From NCBI GenBank assembly GCA_965198495.1, contig CBDAPL010000002.1, forward strand, positions 467,642 through 531,641: a stretch of DNA of 64,000 nt, in the 5' to 3' direction. Positions 39,276-49,117 of this stretch are shown here, in pieces. The notes below the pieces were generated by a model, which was not told the DNA's origin, did not search any database, and was given only the letters and a program-made list of their open reading frames with translations. Each line of letters starts with the position of its first letter. Position 1 is the first letter of the stretch. The position numbers and the translations under genes were made by a program. The stretch comes from Beijerinckiaceae bacterium. GTDB lineage: Bacteria > Pseudomonadota > Alphaproteobacteria > Rhizobiales > Beijerinckiaceae.

Positions 39276-40819
39276 GCCGCCGCTCGTTTGGGTACCAGCC
39301 GCTCGCTGTTCAGGGCCTCCTCCACACCCGACAAGCCGGCCTCTCCGTACTCGGCATCCTCGTTGACCTGCCAGGTGTCGAAGATCTTCTCGCCCGCGAT
39401 GATATTGCGGGCGGTCAGCATGCCGGTCATCATGGCATGGTCCTGGTTGTTGTACTTGTGCATGCCGTTGCGACCGACGAGGTGCAGCTTCGGGTATCGC
39501 AGGCCGATCTCGCGGCGGATCATGTCGAGATTGTCGGCGTAGGTCTCGTCGTAGACGGGATAGGCCTTCTTCTGGCGTACGACGCAGGCGTCATAGACGT
39601 CATCGGCGGCCATCAATCCGATCTTGGCGATCTCTCGCTTGCCCAGCGCGACGAGATCGTCGTCGCTCGACGTCCACAGGCCGTCGCCCTCGAAGCAGAA
39701 ATACTCAAGTCCAAGGCACGTCGAGACGCCGTCTGGTATCATGTCGGGGGACCAGGAGCGGAAGTTCTGCACCCGGCCGACCTTGACGCTCGGATCGTGA
39801 ATGTAGATCCAATTGTCCGGCAGTTCCTTCTGCGGCCTGCCGATCAGCACGACGGTGAGGAAGTCGCGGTACTTCAGGGCACGGGCATGGAAGACGCTCA
39901 GCGGCTTGGGCGTCAGGCGCCCCATCAGTTCGGGGATCGGCGCCGAGGAAACGACATCGCGCGCGAGGAACGTGCGTCGCTCGCCGCCGCCGGTGAGAGC
40001 TGTGATCGTCCAGGTCATCTTCGCCTCGTCAAAGGCAAGGCTCTCGAGTGTCGTGTCCATGGCGAGGGTCCCGCCCAAGGCCTGAAACCTGGCGGCGGCG
40101 GCCTCCCACATCATGCCGGGGCCGCGGCGGGGATAGCGGAAGCTCTCGATCAGCGACTTTACGGCGGGGTTCTTGTCGTCATGGCCCCTCGCTTTGCCCA
40201 GCCGCAGCGAACGTCGCAGAGCGTCGACGATCGCGCTCGATAGGCTGAGGCCCTTGATGCGCTGCGCCGCCCAATCGGCCGAGATCTCGTCGCAACCCAT
40301 GCCCCATACCTTCTCGGTATAGGTCTTGAAGAAGATCGAAAAAAGCCGCTCTCCGAACTGGTTGCCGACCCATTGATGGAAAGTCTTGGGCTCTTTGACC
40401 GGGAACAGACGGGCGATGCCGTAGGACGCCACGCAGGCGATACTCTCGAGCGGGCCGAGATTGCGCAGCGCCTCGAACGCCTTAAGAGGATAGGCGTAGA
40501 ACTTGCCCTTATAATAGATGCGCGACAGGCGGGGACGATCGATGAAATCGTCGGGCAGGATCTCGTTCCAGAGGTCGACTACCTCCTTCGACTTCGAAAA
40601 GAAGCGGTGGCCGCCGATGTCGAACAGGAAGTCCTTGTAGTTCACGGTCCGGCTGATGCCGCCGACATAGACCGGATCCTGCTCGATGATGTGGACCGAC
40701 CGACCGGCCTTGGCCAGCATGTAGGCGGTGGTGAGCCCTGCCGGCCCCGCTCCAATCACGAACGTGTCTAACGTTTCCACCCGGTCTCTCCGCGGCCATG
40801 CTGCACGCAACTGGATCAA
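39272..40819 (-). CDS. NAD(P)/FAD-dependent oxidoreductase (amine-oxidase / UDP-galactopyranose-mutase-like fold)
   Basis: 515 aa. FVIGAGPAGLTTAYMLAKAG..IIEQDPVYVGGISRT and GGHRFF motifs. First gene of the overlap-coupled triad. Confidence 0.8.
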   Translation of the reverse strand: MIQLRAAWPRRDRVETLDTFVIGAGPAGLTTAYMLAKAGRSVHIIEQDPVYVGGISRTVNYKDFLFDIGGHRFFSKSKEVVDLWNEILPDDFIDRPRLSRIYYKGKFYAYPLKAFEALRNLGPLESIACVASYGIARLFPVKEPKTFHQWVGNQFGERLFSIFFKTYTEKVWGMGCDEISADWAAQRIKGLSLSSAIVDALRRSLRLGKARGHDDKNPAVKSLIESFRYPRRGPGMMWEAAAARFQALGGTLAMDTTLESLAFDEAKMTWTITALTGGGERRTFLARDVVSSAPIPELMGRLTPKPLSVFHARALKYRDFLTVVLIGRPQKELPDNWIYIHDPSVKVGRVQNFRSWSPDMIPDGVSTCLGLEYFCFEGDGLWTSSDDDLVALGKREIAKIGLMAADDVYDACVVRQKKAYPVYDETYADNLDMIRREIGLRYPKLHLVGRNGMHKYNNQDHAMMTGMLTARNIIAGEKIFDTWQVNEDAEYGEAGLSGVEEALNSERLVPKRAAA

Positions 40820-40921
40820 GAAATGGTTAAGGTGGCGCTACCGCCACGTCCGACGCGGGGGGGCCGTGACGCTCATGTTTTCGCCCGAGCGATATCGATT
40901 GTGGTAAAGTCCCGCTGATAG

Positions 40922-42451
40922 ATGGAGACGAGTGATTTGGTTGAGCCGCGGCGACCGGGACGTACGACGACTGGAGCCAGGGCACCCGAGCCGACGCCGG
41001 GCGCGATGAAGCCGGGCGGGTCTACGGCCGGCACGTCCAAGGCAGGCATGTCCAAGGCGGGCGTGAAGGCCAAGCCGCGGCAAGGTTCGCCCGGCACGCT
41101 CGCCGCACAGGCCGCCGCCGAGCGTATCGAGGCCGAAAAGCATCCCGGTCTGCTGGCGCGAACCGCCGCCGCGCTCATCCTGCAGGACATTGTCGCCAAG
41201 GGGCATCTGCTCGAAGAGCGCTTCTCGTCCGCCGCGGTACCGAACCGCTTGCAGCAGCTCGACGCCCGCGATCGCTCGCTGACCCGCTCGATCGTCACGT
41301 CGGCGCTCCGCCGCCTCGGCACGATTCGCGCCGCGATCGTCGGATTGCTCGAAACCGGTCTGCCCCGCCAAGTGCCCGACCTCGAATGGACCCTGATCGT
41401 CGGCGCGGCGCAGATCCTGCTCCTCGACGTGCCGGACCACGCCGCCGTCGATCTTGCGGTGCGCGCCGTACGTCTCGATCGCAAGACGGCGCCGTTCGCC
41501 GCGCTGGTTAATGCCGTGCTGCGCAACGTGGCGCGCGCGCGCGAAACGATCCTCGCTTCAAGCGATCCGCTCGATAACGACGTGCCGGGCTGGCTCGCGA
41601 CGCGTTGGCGCAGGACCTACGGAGAAGCGACCGCGCGGGCCATCGGCGCGGCGATACGCGAAGAACCCACGCTCGATATCACCGTCAAGTCACAGCCGCT
41701 GGATTGGGCCAAACGCCTCGATGCCAAGCTGTTAGCGACGGGCTCGCTCCGGCTCGCGTCGCATGTCGCGATCCAGGAACTCGACGGCTACGCGGATGGG
41801 GATTGGTGGGTCCAGGACGCGGCGGCCGCGTTGCCGGCCACGTTCCTGAAGGCGCAGCCCGGCCAGCGCGTAGCCGATTTCTGCGCTGCGCCCGGAGGCA
41901 AGGCCGCCCAGCTCGCGGCGGCGGGAGCCCGTCTTACGGCAGTGGATCGCTCGGCCGAACGGCTCAAGCGGCTCAGCGCGAATTTCGAGCGGCTCGGCCT
42001 CGAGGCGGAATTGATCGTGGCCGACGCGACAAGCCTGAAGGCACAGCTTTTCGACGCCATCCTCCTCGATGCGCCTTGCCTTGGCACCGGTACGCTGCGC
42101 CGCCATCCAGATATCGCATGGACCAAGAAGCCGGGCGACCTTGCCGGTCTTGTCGCATTGCAGGCCAGGCTGCTCGACAAGGCGGTCGAGCTGACGCGCC
42201 CCGGTGGCACCATCGTTTACTGCACCTGCTCGATCGAGCCGGAAGAAGGTGAAACGCAGATCGCGGCGCTGCTGCGGCGCAACCCGGACGTCATGCGCTC
42301 GCCGATCACCGTCGAAGAGGTCGGCGGCCTTTGCGATATCATCAATCCGCAAGGAGAAATGCGCAGCCTGCCATCGCACTTGCCGGGCCCGGAACCCCGC
42401 TTCGCCGGGCTCGACGGTTTTTTCGCCGCGCGGCTGACCCGACGCGGCTGA
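40922..42451 (+). CDS. rsmB: RsmB/Sun family 16S rRNA m5C methyltransferase
   Basis: SAM motif DFCAAPGGKAA, catalytic DAPCLGTGTLRRHPD and YCTCSIEPEE. The true start is probably an internal Met (41006 or 41048). Confidence 0.78.
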   Translation: METSDLVEPRRPGRTTTGARAPEPTPGAMKPGGSTAGTSKAGMSKAGVKAKPRQGSPGTLAAQAAAERIEAEKHPGLLARTAAALILQDIVAKGHLLEERFSSAAVPNRLQQLDARDRSLTRSIVTSALRRLGTIRAAIVGLLETGLPRQVPDLEWTLIVGAAQILLLDVPDHAAVDLAVRAVRLDRKTAPFAALVNAVLRNVARARETILASSDPLDNDVPGWLATRWRRTYGEATARAIGAAIREEPTLDITVKSQPLDWAKRLDAKLLATGSLRLASHVAIQELDGYADGDWWVQDAAAALPATFLKAQPGQRVADFCAAPGGKAAQLAAAGARLTAVDRSAERLKRLSANFERLGLEAELIVADATSLKAQLFDAILLDAPCLGTGTLRRHPDIAWTKKPGDLAGLVALQARLLDKAVELTRPGGTIVYCTCSIEPEEGETQIAALLRRNPDVMRSPITVEEVGGLCDIINPQGEMRSLPSHLPGPEPRFAGLDGFFAARLTRRG

Positions 42452-42570
42452 CCCGAGCCGACGCCGCGATATCGTCCACGCGCGATATCGTAAACGAACG
42501 TGGTTTACGAAGGCGAAAGACATTGGGGCGATAAGGTGAGGATCGCTCACACGAGCCCGCGGCCATCGCG

Positions 42571-44325
42571 ATGGTCACTCGGCTTCGTTCGGCTTTCCCG
42601 GGGACCACGCCGCTGACCGGCGCGACGTTGAAAGATCGCCTGCATGTCCTGACGATCTTCGCCAATCGCGCGGGGCGCTGGATACGCCGGATACTCTTGT
42701 CACCGGGCCGGGCGGCGGCGAAACTGCGCGTGAAAATACCCGAGCGGCTGCTGATCGCCCCGCAGGATATCCGCACCAGCGATCCCACCATAGCCGCGGA
42801 TATCGTGGCGGGGTACTTCGCTTTCGGTGGCAAGATCGTTAACGCGCACGGCCGCTCGCCGTTTGCTATTGAGCCGGGCTCGGAGGCGTGGGCGCGTCAG
42901 CTCGCCGGCTTTGGTTGGTTGCGCCATCTGCGCGCCGCCGACAGCCCGGCCGCGCGCGCGAGGGGACGGCGCCTGGTGGAGGATTTTCTCCAGCTCCATG
43001 AACGGCCTTCGGGCGGCGCGGCATGGGAGCCGCATGTCGTGGCGCGACGCGTACTCGCCTGGCTGTCGCAATCGCCGGTCATTCTCGCTGGCGCCGAGCG
43101 GGCTTTCTACACACGTTTCATGCGCGCGCTGGCCGCGCATCGCGCCGAGCTCGACCAACGCCTGAGCGCTCTCGTCGGTGACGAGAGGCTGCTGGCCGCG
43201 CTTGCCCTGGCCGAGTTCGGCCTTTGCGCGCGGGATGCCGACGCGCTGCAGCGCAGTGGCACCGCCGTGCTTGCGGCGGAGATCGAGGCGCAGGTGCTGC
43301 CGGACGGCGGCCACATCAGCCGCGACCCGCAAACGCTTATCGACCTGTTGCTTGACCTCCTGCCGCTCCGCCAAGCCTATGCCGCGCGCGGCATACAGGC
43401 GCCGCAGCAGCTGCTCAACGCGATCGATCGCATGATGCCCATGCTGCGCCTGTTTCGGCACGGCGACGGGACGCTCGCGCTTTTCAACGGTATGAGCGTG
43501 ACCGCGCCCGAACTGGTCGCCACCATCCTCGCCTACGATGATGCCCGCGCACAGCCGCTCACCAACGCCCCCTACTCAGGCTATCAGCGCATCGCGGCCG
43601 GCGACACGATCGTGATCGCGGAGGCTGGAGCCGTGCCGCCGCAGGCGTTCTCGATGCGCGCCGCCGCGGGCTGCCTGTCCTTCGAAATGTCGTCCGGCAT
43701 CCGCCGCCTGATCATCAATTGCGGGACCCCCGATCTCAGCCGCGCCGGCGCGCGGCAGGCGGCGCGCACGACAGCCGCTCATTCGACCCTCGTCCTCGCT
43801 GACACGTCGTCGTGTCGCTTCGCCGCCAGCGCCGGACTGGAGCGTTGGCTCGGCGATCGGATCCTGACGGGTCCGAGCGAGGTGACGACCCAGAGATCCG
43901 AAGGCGAGACCGGCACGCGCATCGCTATGGCGCATGATGGCTACGCCGCCCGCTTCGGCTTTATACACCACCGAGCCCTCACGCTGGCACGCGACGGATC
44001 ACGCCTCGACGGCCACGATCGATTGGCGCCGACCGGAAAACAAGGATCAGAGGGCGATCCTTACGCGCTGCGCTTCCACCTTCACCCCAGCGTCAAGGCA
44101 CGGGCGAGCGGGGACGGTTCGGTCGTTCGGCTCGACGCACTCGACGGCGAGAGCTGGATCATGGAAGCGGATCTGCCGATGCTGCTTGAGCCCAGCGTCC
44201 TCTTCGCCGCCACCGGCGGCGCGCGCGCAACCTCGCAGATCAAGATCGCCACCGACACGGCGGCGCGGCGCGAGATCCGCTGGAGCATCCAGCGGCTGAC
44301 TTTGGGGGAGCGGCGGCGCGCTTAA
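42571..44325 (+). CDS. heparinase II/III-like family protein
   Basis: 584 aa. Pattern typical of the conserved alphaproteobacterial gene downstream of rsmB (..LPDGGHISRDP..LFRHGDG.LALFNG..HSTLV..). Confidence 0.65.
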   Translation: MVTRLRSAFPGTTPLTGATLKDRLHVLTIFANRAGRWIRRILLSPGRAAAKLRVKIPERLLIAPQDIRTSDPTIAADIVAGYFAFGGKIVNAHGRSPFAIEPGSEAWARQLAGFGWLRHLRAADSPAARARGRRLVEDFLQLHERPSGGAAWEPHVVARRVLAWLSQSPVILAGAERAFYTRFMRALAAHRAELDQRLSALVGDERLLAALALAEFGLCARDADALQRSGTAVLAAEIEAQVLPDGGHISRDPQTLIDLLLDLLPLRQAYAARGIQAPQQLLNAIDRMMPMLRLFRHGDGTLALFNGMSVTAPELVATILAYDDARAQPLTNAPYSGYQRIAAGDTIVIAEAGAVPPQAFSMRAAAGCLSFEMSSGIRRLIINCGTPDLSRAGARQAARTTAAHSTLVLADTSSCRFAASAGLERWLGDRILTGPSEVTTQRSEGETGTRIAMAHDGYAARFGFIHHRALTLARDGSRLDGHDRLAPTGKQGSEGDPYALRFHLHPSVKARASGDGSVVRLDALDGESWIMEADLPMLLEPSVLFAATGGARATSQIKIATDTAARREIRWSIQRLTLGERRRA

Positions 44326-44400
44326 ACGGCGGGCTTGTCTGGACTTGGCTCAAGCGCCGTGCGAGCAGAAATCGCCCGCGACGTCCGGCCGGGGTAACCC

Positions 44401-45183
44401 TTGCGCCGCCCGACCCGTATTCGGCAAAGGACCTTGGATCCGCATTTGCCGCCCTTACGCCTCGTCGATCCCACTCCCGCCCGCTGCGGCATCGCCGTGA
44501 TGGCGAAGGCATCGAAGGCGGGTCGAACCAAGACCCGTTTGTCGCCGCCGCTCAGCCCGGACGAGGCGGCCGCGTTCAATACCGCCTTCCTTCGCGATAT
44601 CGCCGAGAACCTACTGACGGCCGGCGCGCAAGCCTCGATCACCGGCTACATGGCCTATGGACCGCCGGGTGAAGGCGCCTTCTTCGATATGCTGCCGCCC
44701 GGGCTCGGGCGTTTCGAAGCGTGGCTTCCGCGCTTCGGCGACACGTTGGCGAGCACGATCGAAAGCCTTTTCGAGCGCGGCCACGCGAGTGCCTGCTTGC
44801 TGAACGCCGATAGCCCGACCCTGCCGCCAGCGATCCTGCTGGAGGCGGCGCGCGTGCTCGGTGAACCGGGCGAGCGCGCCGTCCTCGGACCTTCGACGGA
44901 CGGCGGCTACTATCTCCTCGGCTTGAAGGGAATTCACGCGCGGCTGTTCGAGGATATCACGTGGAGCACCGAGCACGTCGCGCGCGAGACGCTGGACCGG
45001 GCCGACGAGATCGGCCTGCCGGTGCATATGCTGCCCCCATGGTACGATGTCGACGATGCCGCCTCGCTCGCCACCTTGCGCGGAGAGCTCCTCGAGGGCC
45101 GGCCGTTCGGCGCGCTCCGCTCCGCGGAGGCGCGCCATACGCGCGATTTGCTCGCGGCGCTTCATGACAGGTCGGCGCGATGA
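44401..45183 (+). CDS. DUF2064 / TIGR04282-type GT-A fold glycosyltransferase-like protein
   Basis: Signature IAVMAKASKAGRTKTRLSPPLSPDEAAAFNTAFLRDI. The start codon is uncertain and several TTG codons are possible. The stop overlaps the next ATG (ATGA). Confidence 0.7.
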   Translation: MRRPTRIRQRTLDPHLPPLRLVDPTPARCGIAVMAKASKAGRTKTRLSPPLSPDEAAAFNTAFLRDIAENLLTAGAQASITGYMAYGPPGEGAFFDMLPPGLGRFEAWLPRFGDTLASTIESLFERGHASACLLNADSPTLPPAILLEAARVLGEPGERAVLGPSTDGGYYLLGLKGIHARLFEDITWSTEHVARETLDRADEIGLPVHMLPPWYDVDDAASLATLRGELLEGRPFGALRSAEARHTRDLLAALHDRSAR

Positions 45184-46505
45184 CACGTCGCGCGCTGTCC
45201 TGCCTGCTGGTCCTCGGGCTCGGTCTTCTCGTCGTCCACGCCGTCCTCGCCAGCCGCTTCGGGGCGGATAGCGACGAGTGGATCATGGGGTATACCTGGA
45301 TCGAGGTCGTGCTTTACGCGGTCGCCGTCGTCGTCGCGTTGCGCGACAAAGGGCTTGATCCGGCAATCTCGCGGCGTGCCACCGCCTTCATACTCGGGCT
45401 CGGCGTGCTGATGCGCGTCATCCTGATCCCGATCGATCCCATCTCGACCGACATCAATCGTTACATCTGGGACGGGCGCGTGCAGGCGGCGGGGATCAAT
45501 CCCTATCTCTACATTCCCGCCGACCCGGCGCTCGAAGCCTTGCGCGACGACGAGATCTACCCCGAGATCAACCGCAAGAGCTACGCGCACACGATCTACC
45601 CGCCTTTCGCCGAGATCGTCTTTTACCTTGTGACCCGCGTCGACGAGAGCGTGATCGCAATGAAGAGCGCGATGGTCTTGTTCGAGCTCGCCGCGATCTG
45701 GGCAATGACTCGCCTGCTTAGGTCGCGCGCCATGCCGTCGACGCGCATCCTGCTCTACGCTTGGCACCCGCTGCCCATTTGGGAATTCGCCGGCAGCGGG
45801 CACGTCGACGCCATCGCGCTCACCTGCGTTATGCTCGCGCTTCTCGCGGCGGAGATGAGACGGCCGGTCCTTGCCGGCATCGCGCTCGGCGGCGCTGCCC
45901 TGACGAAGTACTTCCCCGTCCTCGTGGGACCTGCCGCCTATCGCCGCTGGGACTGGAAGCTGCCGCTTGCCGGCTTGCTGACGGTCGTCGCGCTTTACCT
46001 GCCTTACCTATCGGCGGGTTCTAAGATCTTCGGCTTTCTTTCAGGCTACAAGCGCGAAGAGGGCCTCGACAACGGAATGGGCTTGTACCCGCTCGTCCTC
46101 CTTGGGCATCTCGTGCCGAATCTGCCGCCGGTCGTCGTCGCGCTCTACATGCCACTCGCGGCGATCATGCTGTTGGGGCTTGGTTTGGGCATCCTGTTCC
46201 GGCGACGCGCGCCCGGTGCCGATCTCGGCGGCGCGTTCCTCCTTGCTTCGGCCTTCACGGTCCTCACGTCGCCGCACTTTCCTTGGTATCTGGCATGGCT
46301 TGTGCCCTTTCTATGCTTTATACCTTCATGGCCGGTAATATGGCTGACTGGAAGCGCGACGCTCATGTATGTCGCTGGCTGGCCACCAAGCTTCGCGGCC
46401 GGTTCGTTTTTCTATCTGCCGTTTTTCGTGTTGCTCGCCGTCGATGTAACGATCCGCCGCCTTCGGACGAAAGTTGGAGTCAATGGAAGCGCTCTCGCCC
46501 TCTGA
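45180..46505 (+). CDS. GT87/DUF2029-like polytopic membrane glycosyltransferase (GT-C type)
   Basis: 441 aa with many TM segments. First periplasmic loop has DINRYIWDGR..GINPY and YAHTIYPPFAE, typical of PimE/DUF2029-type proteins. Confidence 0.65.
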   Translation: MTRRALSCLLVLGLGLLVVHAVLASRFGADSDEWIMGYTWIEVVLYAVAVVVALRDKGLDPAISRRATAFILGLGVLMRVILIPIDPISTDINRYIWDGRVQAAGINPYLYIPADPALEALRDDEIYPEINRKSYAHTIYPPFAEIVFYLVTRVDESVIAMKSAMVLFELAAIWAMTRLLRSRAMPSTRILLYAWHPLPIWEFAGSGHVDAIALTCVMLALLAAEMRRPVLAGIALGGAALTKYFPVLVGPAAYRRWDWKLPLAGLLTVVALYLPYLSAGSKIFGFLSGYKREEGLDNGMGLYPLVLLGHLVPNLPPVVVALYMPLAAIMLLGLGLGILFRRRAPGADLGGAFLLASAFTVLTSPHFPWYLAWLVPFLCFIPSWPVIWLTGSATLMYVAGWPPSFAAGSFFYLPFFVLLAVDVTIRRLRTKVGVNGSALAL

Positions 46506-47553
46506 GGCTATCGTCGATCCGCGCCGGTATTTCGAATCCGTAGCGCCTCAACGCGCCAAGCGCATGGAACGCGAGCCGGTATGCCTCTACCTAGAGGTGA
46601 CGAACCGCTGCAATCTGCTCTGCACGACCTGTCCGCGCACCTACGTCGAGCTCGAGCCGCCAGCCGACATGGCGTGGGAGCTCTTCACCTCCATCGTCGA
46701 CCAGCTGCCGACCCTCCAGCGCGCGGTACTGCACGGCGTCGGCGAGCCGATGCTGGTAAAGAACCTGCCGCAGATGGTGCGCTACCTCAAGGATCGTGGC
46801 GTCTACGTGCTCTTCAACACCAACGGCACGCTGCTGACGGAGCGCAACGGCCGCGCGATGATCGACGCCGGGCTTGACGAGCTGCGCGTCTCGCTCGACG
46901 CCTCCAACCCGACGTCCTACCTCGCCGTCCGCGGCAAGAACTATTTCGCCCGCATCCTCCACAACGTACGCCAGTTCCGTGCCCTGCAGGAGCGCGAAGG
47001 GCACGCGCTGCCGAAAGTCTCGGCCTGGCTGACCGGCCTCAAGGAGACGATTGCCGAGCTGCCGGACTTCGTGCGCGTCGCCTCCGACATCGGCGTCAAG
47101 GAAGTGTACCTGCAGCGTCTGGTGTTCTTCGAGGACGCGTCGGCCGGTCTCGCCCGACCGGACCAGGCGCTCTACGAGCAGATGAACGCCGAGGAGAGCG
47201 TGCACATCGCCGAGGCTGAGCGCCTGGCCGCCTCGCTGGGCATGAGCTTCAGCGCCTCGGGCGCCGCGTCGGAACCCGGCATGAGCCTGAAGCGCGCTGA
47301 TGACTCCTCGCCCTGGTCGCTATGCCGGCGCCCTTGGAGCGTGATGTACTTCACCGCCAACGGCCGGGCGCTGCCCTGTTGCATTGCGCCCTTCTCGCAG
47401 CGCGGCTACGAGAACTACACGCTGGGCGACGCCACGCAGTCCAGCCTGCGCGACATCTGGAATGGCGCCGAATACACCGAGTTTCGCGAGGCGCTGCTCT
47501 CTAACGCTCCGCCCAAGGCGTGCGCGAGCTGCGGTCTTCGCTGGAGCCTTTGA
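46483..47553 (+). CDS. radical SAM / SPASM domain protein
   Basis: CxxxCxxC (VTNRCNLLCTTCPR) and a Cys-rich C-terminus (CRRPWSVMYFTANGRALPCCIAP...CASCGLRW). The ATG at 46483 (TTG at 46474 possible) overlaps the upstream gene by 23 nt. Confidence 0.85.
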   Translation: MEALSPSEAIVDPRRYFESVAPQRAKRMEREPVCLYLEVTNRCNLLCTTCPRTYVELEPPADMAWELFTSIVDQLPTLQRAVLHGVGEPMLVKNLPQMVRYLKDRGVYVLFNTNGTLLTERNGRAMIDAGLDELRVSLDASNPTSYLAVRGKNYFARILHNVRQFRALQEREGHALPKVSAWLTGLKETIAELPDFVRVASDIGVKEVYLQRLVFFEDASAGLARPDQALYEQMNAEESVHIAEAERLAASLGMSFSASGAASEPGMSLKRADDSSPWSLCRRPWSVMYFTANGRALPCCIAPFSQRGYENYTLGDATQSSLRDIWNGAEYTEFREALLSNAPPKACASCGLRWSL

Positions 47554-48284
47554 TGGATGGGCAGCCGCTTCTAAAACGGCCGGTCGTCGTCGTCATTCCC
47601 ACCCTGAACGAAGCGCAATCGATCGGTCACCTCGTTCGCTCGATCCCGCGCGACCTTGTCAACTCGATCATCGTGGCGGACGGCGGCAGCACGGATGAGA
47701 CGCGCGCGATCGCCGAGCGGGAGGGCGCGCGCACCATTGCGGCCGGTCGCGGCTACGGCCGCGCCTGCCTGATGGCGGCGGAGGCCGCACCGGAGAACGC
47801 CATCGTCGTGACGATGGACGGCGACGGTGCCGACGATCCGGGGATGATCGCCGCCCTGGTGGCGCCGATCGCCGCTGGCACGCATGATTTCGCGATCGGC
47901 TCGCGGGTCACCGGCATCCGCGAGAAAGGCAGCATGGGTTGGCACCAGGTCGTCGCCGGCCATGTCTTCGGCACTGCGATTCGCCTCCTCTATCGAACAC
48001 GCTACACCGACATGTGCGCCTTCCGCGCGATCGGCCGCGACACGCTCATGCAACTCGGCATGCGCGAGATGACCTATGGCTGGAACCTGGAGATGCAGAT
48101 GAGGGCTGCGCGTGCCGGACTGCGCGTCCTCGAAGTGCCGGTGCCCGCCCGCTGCCGCACCGGCGGCACGTCGAAAGTCGCTGGATCCTTGCACGGCACA
48201 ATGCGCGCTGGCTCCCGCATCGTTGCGACCTTCATCCGCGTCGCGTGCGAGCGCGCGCCAGCTATCGGGGAAATCACGACATGA
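47553..48284 (+). CDS. GT2 glycosyltransferase, Dpm1/GtrB/ArnC-like (polyprenyl-phosphate sugar synthase type)
   Basis: VVVIPTLNE, ADGGSTDET and the DxD motif in MDGDGADDP. The ATG shares one base with the upstream TGA (TGATG). Confidence 0.85.
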   Translation: MDGQPLLKRPVVVVIPTLNEAQSIGHLVRSIPRDLVNSIIVADGGSTDETRAIAEREGARTIAAGRGYGRACLMAAEAAPENAIVVTMDGDGADDPGMIAALVAPIAAGTHDFAIGSRVTGIREKGSMGWHQVVAGHVFGTAIRLLYRTRYTDMCAFRAIGRDTLMQLGMREMTYGWNLEMQMRAARAGLRVLEVPVPARCRTGGTSKVAGSLHGTMRAGSRIVATFIRVACERAPAIGEITT

Positions 48285-49117
48285 GCGCGCTTCCGCACGG
48301 CACCGCGCCGATTTTGCAGCGCGATGACTTTTCGGAAGCGTCGGCGTTTCGCCCGGAGAACATGCTGCGCGAGGCGAGGCGGCAAAAGAAGCTCGGCTGC
48401 GCGCCGGTTTCGTCCGTCATCATCCTCGATCCAGACGGCGACATCGTCGACCACGTGCTGACCGACAAGGCCGCGAAGCGCTCGCCGGATTGGGCCTGCT
48501 ACCACACCAAGCTCTGGGAATGGGAGGAGGACGGCATCCGCTACGGCGTCATTGGCCACGCGGTCGGCGCCTCCTTCGCCGTGCTCGTCGCCGAACAGGC
48601 CTTCGTGTCCGGCTGCGAACTCCTCGTCAGCATCACCTCGGCCGGGCAGATCCGCGACCTTGGACCACCGCCCTACCACATCATCATCGACCAGGCGCTA
48701 CGCGACGAGGGCACGAGCTACCATTACCTGCCGCCCTCGCCCTGGGCCGAGGCCGACCCGGCGGTGATCGCGTTGGCCGAAACGGCTTTCGCCGCCCTAG
48801 CGCACGGCGTCCGCCGCGCCTCGACTTGGACGACGGACGCGCCCTTCCGCGAGACGGAGACGGCCATCGCCTCCCGCGCGGCGTTCGGCGTCGCCGCGGT
48901 GGAGATGGAGGCGGCGGCGCTCTACGCCTTCGCGCGGTCGACCGGCAATCCGGTGCTCTGCCTCGCTCACGTGACCAACCAGCTTGGTCGGATCGAGAAC
49001 GACTTCGAGAAAGGCATCGGCAACGGCGCGCATGCTTCGCTCGACCTTGTCGCCCGCTTCGCCGGCGCATGGCTTGCCGGCCGGGCCGAGCCCTTACGCG
49101 AGAAGATCGCCTCGTGA
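48281..49117 (+). CDS. PNP_UDP_1 (nucleoside phosphorylase / MTA-SAH nucleosidase) family protein
   Basis: 278 aa. GHAVGASFAVLVAE..LLVSITSAGQI and AVEMEAAALYAFA motifs. ATGA overlap with the GT2 stop. Confidence 0.7.
   Translation: MSALPHGTAPILQRDDFSEASAFRPENMLREARRQKKLGCAPVSSVIILDPDGDIVDHVLTDKAAKRSPDWACYHTKLWEWEEDGIRYGVIGHAVGASFAVLVAEQAFVSGCELLVSITSAGQIRDLGPPPYHIIIDQALRDEGTSYHYLPPSPWAEADPAVIALAETAFAALAHGVRRASTWTTDAPFRETETAIASRAAFGVAAVEMEAAALYAFARSTGNPVLCLAHVTNQLGRIENDFEKGIGNGAHASLDLVARFAGAWLAGRAEPLREKIAS

Noticed and set aside
44401-48284. The 'arsenosugar biosynthesis glycosyltransferase' interpretation for the DUF2064 and GT2 genes.
   Set aside because: That label derives from co-occurrence in other genomes. 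No arsM, arsS-type radical SAM or ars genes are visible here.
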